DNA of 64,000 bases from positions 315,146,001-315,210,000 of the forward strand of contig OZ024740.1 in NCBI GenBank assembly GCA_964016885.1, read 5' to 3'. Shown here one piece after another: positions 57,245 to 64,000 of the stretch. The stretch is from Eledone cirrhosa. Its lineage: Eukaryota. Made by a program: the position numbers and the translations under genes. The notes below the pieces were generated by a model that was given only the letters and a program-made list of their open reading frames with translations, ran no database searches and was not told where the DNA came from. Numbering within the stretch: position 1 is the first letter of the stretch; every line of letters starts with the position of its first letter.

Positions 57245-58100
57245 ATGTATCACTGTGTATAGTAAATGTGTATCATTGTTTACCACTGTGTAACACTGTG
57301 TACCACTGTGTATAGTAAATGTATATCACTGTGTATAGTAAATGTGTATCACTGTGTACCACTGTGTACCACTGTGTTTCACTGTGTACCACTGTGAAAC
57401 ATTGTGTACCACTGTGTAACACTATATATCACTGTGTACCACTGTTTATGTGTATCACTGAGTATCACTGTGTAACACTGTGCATGGTAAATGTGTATCA
57501 CTGTATATCACTGTGTACCACTGTGTACCACTGTGTAACACTGTGTATCACTGTATATCACTGTGTACCACTGTGTACCACTGTGTAACACTGTCTATCA
57601 TTGTGTATGGTAAATGTGTATCACTGTATATCACTGTGTAACACTGTGTATCACTGTGTACCACTGTGTAACACTGTGTATCACTGTATATCACTGTGTA
57701 CCACTGTGTACCACTGTGTAACACTGTGTATCACTGTATATCACTGTGTACCACTGTGTACCACTGTGTAACACTGTGTATCACTGTATATCACTGTGTA
57801 CCACTGTGTACCATTGCGTAACACTGTGTATCACTGTATATCACTGTGTGCCACTGTGTACCACTGTGTAACACTGTCTATCACTGTGTACCACTGTCTA
57901 ACACTGTGTACCACTGTGTACTACTGTGTAACACTGTGTATGTGTATCGCTGTATATCACTGTGTACCACTGTGTACCACTGTGTACCACTGTGTATCAC
58001 TGTATACCACTGTGTATGGTAGATGTGAACCACTGTTTATCACTGTGTACCACCGTGTACCACTATGTATCACTGTCTACCACTGTGTATGGTAGATGTG
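57245..58100. repeat. 10-bp minisatellite (CACTGTGTAY)n
   Basis: cactgtgtac/cactgtgtat/cactgtgtaa tandem. Confidence 0.95.
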
Positions 58101-58402
58101 TAAATGTGATCCTTTGATTTCTCCCAAAAGAACTCATTCAATATTCCATCATATTATGTAGTTAAAACAAGTTTCTGTCGTAAACACGGACACTCGTGTA
58201 TACATACATACATTCATACGTGCAAACATACATTCATTTATGCATACATACATACAAAAAACATACATACACACATACATAAATATACACATATATGCTT
58301 GCATACATACACACACACACACATACATACATACATACATACATACATACATACATACATACATACATACATACATACATACATACATACATACATACAT
58401 AC

Positions 58403-59048
58403 CTGATTCACACAAGAGATAGGGATGCAAGCAAAACACCTAGATGTGATAACAAGTGCAGACTCTGCAAAACTAACATCGAGGATATCACCCATGTCAT
58501 CAGCAGCTGCCCAAAGATGTACGCGGTACTATCTACCTATGAGGTATGATGTAGTGGCCAAAACACTGTACAATGCAGTTCGTAAAAAAGATAGCCCTGA
58601 TAATAAACACATTAAAAGCTACAACAATGTGGAAGACATCCATGTACATAATATGAAAGAGTACTGGTGGAATGTTCCAGTAAAAACCCCAATAAAATGC
58701 AGGCATAACAGACCAGATATTATGATATGGGACAGGGAGAAGAAAGCATGGATATTAGTGGAAATTAGCTGCCCAGCAGATGCCAATATAATATCAAAGA
58801 TTAGTGAAAAGGAGAATATTTATGCAGAACTGATGAGTAATCTGCAGATACTCCACCCTGATTACACCTTCAGATTTATGCCTGTGATTATTGGGGCACT
58901 GGGATATATTAGTAACTGCCTCAATACAAATCTTGAGAAGCTAGGCTTCACAGGAACAGAAAGAACACAACTAGTTAGGAAACTACAAGTACAATCCATT
59001 AATGGAACAGTAAAAATATGTAAAACATTCCAAAAATGTTGCATCTAA
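58403..59048 (+). pseudogene. Second R4/Dong-like 3' fragment (frameshifted)
   Basis: DNKCRLCKTNIEDITHVISSCPKM / RYYLPMRYD..EYWWN..HNRPDIMIWD..EISCP..PVIIGALG; starts directly after (TACA)n. Confidence 0.85.
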
Positions 59049-59340
59049 TAACTGCATATACACATGTACAGATACAAAGCATATTCACATCCACACATAC
59101 AATAACATCCATATCTACACATGCATACATACATATCTACCTAGTGGATGTTGTGTAAATTCCAATGAGAGTCTTGTGTCTATGTTAGAAACCAATTCTC
59201 TCTCTCTATTGGTAAAACTTTGTGAAATTATAAAACCAGAAGAACATACATACATACATACATACATACATACATACATACATACATACATACATACATA
59301 CATACATACATACATACATACATACATACATACATACATA

Positions 59341-60962
59341 CATGATGGCTGCCCCCTCGTTATCGAGTATGGCCATTGCACGATATAACATTATTAATAA
59401 TTATCAATTAATGCTATCGTGCAATGCCTGTGCGTGAAGATTTTTTTTAAGTGAGGAAAGAATGTGCTCTGAGCCAATCCCACTCTCTGAGCGACAGTAG
59501 CTATAACTCGAAAAGAAGAAAAGATCAACATTATTGGTAACAACTGAGCCGCATGTTTTATGTCGGAGTTGCCTTCTCCTAGAAGAATGCCTTGACAAAT
59601 GCTAGTGGTTTAACCTCGCGATCGAGTATCGAACCTGACTATTTCTTACCTACACACATAGATGGTGGCTGCCAACTCTTAAGAGCTCCTTTGCCCTTTG
59701 ACAGGTTTTGTTTTTAGTCCTGCAGGATGTCCAAAGTCACCCTCCTCACCAAGAAACCTTGGTGGGGTTGCCAGTTTAGTCGCCAACAACCCGACCATGG
59801 GACAGGTTGTACTGGGATACATGTTACCAGTAGCACCAACTGGTGACCTGACACACATACATACATACGTACATACATACATAGATACATGGTGGCTGCC
59901 AACTCGTTTTCGAGTACGGCCACTACTGTATATCCATGTAGAACTCCTACCGATGCGCTCAACGAGTGTGACTTTTTAGTCCAGCCAGCGACTTGAAAAC
60001 TCTGGTACAAACATTACACTTGTGACAATTATTGACACATAGTACTGGGCCCATGGTACCATGTGACGACAAGTGCAGAGAGAGCTCCAGATATAAAGCA
60101 ATGCCTGTGCCGTGAAGCTTTTATAGTGAGCAAAGGCACTGCACAAAGCCAGTCCCACTCTCTTGACCAAGATGATATTTACCAAAAAGAAGAACACGTC
60201 AACATCATTGGATACCATCAGGGTTACAGGTGTTATATCAGAGTTTTCCTTCTCCTAGAATTCTGCCTTGACAAAGGCTAAGGGGTCATCTCTCCCGGAC
60301 ATAGATACATACATACATAGATACATACATACATACATACATACATACATACATACATACATACATACATACATACATACATACATACATACATGGTGGC
60401 TGCCAACTCGTTTTCGAGTACGGCCACTACTTTATATCCATGTAGGAGAACCCCTACCGAGGCGCTGAACGAGTGCGACTTTTTAGTCCAGCCAGCGACT
60501 TGAAAACTCTGGTACAAACACTACACTTGTGACAATTATTGACACATAGTGCTGGGCCCATGGTACCATGTGACGACAAGTGCAGAGAGATCTCCAGATA
60601 CAAAGCAATGCCTGTGCCGTGAAGCTTTTATAGTGAGCAAAGGCACTGCACAAAGCCAGTCCCACTCTCTTAACCAAGATGATATTTACCAAAAAGAAGA
60701 ACAAGTCAACATCATTAGATACCATCAGGGTTACAGGTGTTATATCAGAGTTTTCCTTCTCCTAGAATTCTGCCTTGACAAAGGCTAAGGGGTCATCTCT
60801 CCCGGTGATTTTGGATGGCCATTGACTCTTAAGAGCTCCTTTGCCCTTTGACAGGTTTTGTTTTTAGTCCTGCAGGATGTCCAAAGTCACCCTACTCACC
60901 AAGAAACCTTGGTGGGGTTGCCAGTTTAGTCGCCAACCATGGGACAGGTTGTACTGGGATAC
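59341..60962 (-). mobile_element. Cluster of RTE-derived short elements separated by (TATG)n
   Basis: Subfamily 2 at 59341-59630; 5' part 59660-59850; subfamily 1 at 59888-60297 and 60393-60962. Confidence 0.8.
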
Positions 60963-61057
60963 ATACATACATACATACATACATACATACATACATACAT
61001 ACATACATACATACATACATACATACATACATACATACATACATACATACATACATA

Positions 61058-61980
61058 CTATGATGATTGTCAAACGATGAACGAACAAGAGCCTTCTCGA
61101 TTGTGCAATTTTTATTTTATTAAGTAGAAAGATTTCTACTGTGAGCCCGTAAGTGGCTCTTAAGTTCGAACATCGGCGAAAGTATTTTGTTATTTTTGTG
61201 AATTTTGCAGTTGTCTTTAGCTGCTATCGTTAGCAAACTATTCCCCTGAATCATCCCCAGCTCTGTGGATTTTATAATGTTTCTTAAGACCACCACATGA
61301 TATGCATCTTCTGTGGCAAATTTGACATATAAATATATATGTTCAGGTCATATTTAAATTGGTTTATATCATCCTTAAATGGGATTCCAGACCTGAATTT
61401 GATTCCAGACCTGAAATTATTACAAATTGAATGAGGAAAAAGTGTAAGATCGTTATTTCCTGTAAAGGAGGGTATATTCTGTTTCAACGCAGACCTTTTA
61501 AGTTTAGCATATATAAAACGTTCCTCTTCAAAGTTATTCACACCCTACTCTATCGTGAGCTTCTTCATCTCAATTTATTTTCTCTTTCTTTGGTGTCTCT
61601 TTTAAGGAATCTTTATATTATGTCTTAGGTTTGTGGCGCGGTCTTTTTCTTAGTTTTAGTTCACCGTATAAAAGTTGTTTAGAAATCTGGCTAATATCAT
61701 AAAATAACGAACAAGGTGTCCTGTCCATCTTAAGCGACTAAGAATAAACATTGACACTATATAACTTATATTTGTACTCTTGAGAATGACTCTAGTTAGA
61801 GTTGAACAGATGCTTTGATGTGCCTGTATTTATGGTTCATATTTACAGGATTGAATTTATCCCCTGAAATATTTAGTAAGGCTTTATAGGCCTCTTACTT
61901 TCTATAAAAATCGTTCATAATTGTCGTTAAACCAATCTTGAGACTTATTCTTCTGAAAGCCTAGAACACATGAAGCTGCT
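61058..61980 (-). pseudogene. Decayed RTE LINE with C-terminal C2H2 fingers and (TATG)n tail
   Basis: Reverse strand fragments KSQDWFNDN, ELKLRKRPRHKPK.*YKDSLK, CQICHRRCISCGGLKKHYKIH, LKSHLRAH. Confidence 0.6.
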
Positions 61981-62009
61981 TCATACATATTTGTATATAT
62001 GTATATGTA

Positions 62010-62035
62010 TGATATTTTCTGAAAATTTTCTACAA

Positions 62036-62070
<35 letters not shown>

Positions 62071-62710
62071 CGTGTACTGACTCAAACATTTAGTTACATA
62101 TACGTATATATGTATGTATGATTGTATGTATGTATATGTATGTATGATTGTATTTATGTATATGTATGTATGATTGTATATATGTATGTGTATGTATGCA
62201 TATTTTTTGCACAAGCACGCACACGCACACATACACACACTCAAATGTGTACTGACTCATACATTTAGTGACATACATATTCGTATATATGTCTGTATGT
62301 ATATGTATGTATGTATATGTATACGTATGTATGTATATGTATGTATATGTATGTATATGTATATATATGTATGTATATATATATATATGTATGTATGTGT
62401 ATGTATGAATGCGTATTTTCTGAAAACGCATAAACACACACAGGCACAAACGCACACACACACACACAAGCATGTACTGATTCATACATTGAGTTACATC
62501 CGTATTCGTATATACGTATGTATGTATGTATGTATGTATGTATGTATGTATATATGTATGCATATATACGTATGTATGTATATGTATGTATATTTATGTA
62601 TGTATATGTATGCATGAATGCGTATTTTCTGTAAACGCACGGGTATACACACACACATATAAACACACACAAACGTGTACTTACTGATACATTTAGTTAC
62701 ACAGATACCT
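62010..62710. repeat. Degenerate ~200-bp tandem unit built around microsatellites (4 copies)
   Basis: Recurring gc.tatttt.tg.a.a.gca...tgtactga.tcatacatttagttacat. Confidence 0.7.
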
Positions 62711-62845
62711 AAAAAAACAACAGATAAATAAATATGTAACAAAAAATGCGTGAGATGTATTGAAAGGGACACAATAATTGGCACGATGTTGAGCTATGTC
62801 GGTTTAGACACGTAGAATATGTTGGTATAGTGGAGGTACGTGAGT

Positions 62846-63130
62846 GGAGGCGCGTGGTCTAGTGGTAAGGGTGTCGGACTTACGATCATAATGTTGTGGG
62901 TTCGAATCCTGGACTGGGTTGTGTGCTGTTTTCTTGAGTAAAATACTTCATTTCACGTTGTTCCAGTATACTCAGCTGAAAATGAGTACTAGCAGCAATA
63001 GTTGGGGTTTAACCCTGCGATGGACTCGTGTCCTGTCCAGGGGGGGAGTCTTCTTCTCTCAATCGCTTCATGCCATGAAACAGGAATAAGCACCGGCCTA
63101 ACGAGCCTTCTGGCTTATGGAAGACATTAG
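62846..63130 (+). mobile_element. tRNA-derived CORE-type SINE
   Basis: A box ggcgcgtggtctagtgg, B box ggttcgaatcc, then ttcttgagtaaaatacttcatttcacg. Confidence 0.75.
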
Positions 63131-63450
63131 AAGGTACGTAGTTTTGTGGTTAGGGTATTCGGCTCTCAATCGTAAGGTCATGAGTTCGATTCCCGGCGGC
63201 GCATTCTGTCTTGAGCAAGACACTTTATTTCACGTTGCTCCAATTCACCCAGCTGGCAAAAATGACAAGTACTTGTAATTTGAATGGCCAACGTTGTCAC
63301 ATTCTGTGTCACGTTGAATCTCACTGAGAACCTACGTGAAGGGTACGCGCGTCTGTGGAATACTCAGCCATTTACACATTAATTTCACATGCAGGCTGTT
63401 CCGTTGATCATAGTAACTCATTGTTGTAACCGACGGAGTGCCAGCAGTAG
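63131..63450 (+). mobile_element. tRNA-derived CORE-type SINE
   Basis: gtggttagggtattcggc..agttcgattccc..ttgagcaagacactttatttcacg; 3' part matches 30020-30190. Confidence 0.75.
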
Positions 63451-63519
63451 TATATATTGTAGTATGTAGCGTAGAATGTGAGATTTTAGTAAATTGATGA
63501 AGGATTGTGTCGACATGGC

Positions 63520-64000
63520 GTCCGGGTAGATGAAGGGTCTTTACCGGCAACAAGGTGATCTCATTACATCGACATGTACCCCGGGGTAGATGAAGGGTCT
63601 TTAGCGGCAACAAGGTGATCTCATTACATCGACATGTACCCCGGGGTAGATGAAGGGTCTTTAGCGGCAACAAGGTGATCTCATTACATCGATATGTACC
63701 CCGGGGTAGATGAAGGGTCTTTAGCGGCAACAAGGTGATCGCATTACATCGATATGAACCCCGGGGTAGATGAAGGGTCTTTAGCGACAACAAGGTGATC
63801 TCATTACGTCGATATATACCCCGGGGTAAATGAAGGATCTTTACCGGCAACAAGATGATCTCATTAGGTCGACATGTACCCCGGGGTACATGAAGGTTTT
63901 TTACTGGCAACAAGGTGATCTCATTACGTCAGCATGTACCCCGGGGTAGATGAAGTATATTTACAGGTAACAAAGTGATCTCATTACGTCGGCATGTACC
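63520..64000. repeat. Tandem minisatellite, 60-bp unit, at least 8 copies (runs off the window)
   Basis: Unit ccggggtagatgaagggtctttagcggcaacaaggtgatctcattacatcgacatgtacc. Confidence 0.95.

Noticed and set aside
61135-61190. Ribozyme-like hairpin gagcc-cgtaagt-ggctc...cgaaa
   Set aside because: Better explained as the minus-strand C2H2 coding remnant LKSHLRAH of the decayed RTE; no hammerhead core
62846-62920. tRNA gene
   Set aside because: A and B boxes are present but there is no acceptor stem, and the sequence continues into a SINE body seen elsewhere in the window

Overview
AT-rich, repeat-saturated animal DNA with one 200-N assembly gap (27300-27499). The SINE families and very high (TA)n/(CA)n/(TACA)n density suggest a coleoid cephalopod such as Octopus (inference). 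No host protein-coding gene, tRNA, rRNA or CRISPR array can be supported; almost all listed ORFs are microsatellite artefacts. Real coding remnants are all retroelement or transposon derived: R4/Dong-like, RTE, CRE-like, Penelope GIY-YIG and mariner. The main signal is about 20 type I hammerhead ribozyme motifs (stem I - CUGANGA - stem II - GAAA - short, mostly palindromic stem III - NUH - stem I') from several distinct sequence families, read by eye on both strands. Most sit in short, ORF-less, asymmetric fold-back elements embedded in (TA)n tracts. In each family the short arm ends at a reproducible position and the long arm carries an extra tail, matching Penelope-like pseudo-LTR insertions. 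Also present: a 34 x 64-bp structured satellite sharing a motif with a 60-bp satellite, microsatellite-associated RLE retrotransposons, an internally deleted RTE-derived family with a conserved 3' stem-loop, a non-autonomous Helitron and mariner MITEs. Coordinates were counted by hand and may be off by a few bases.
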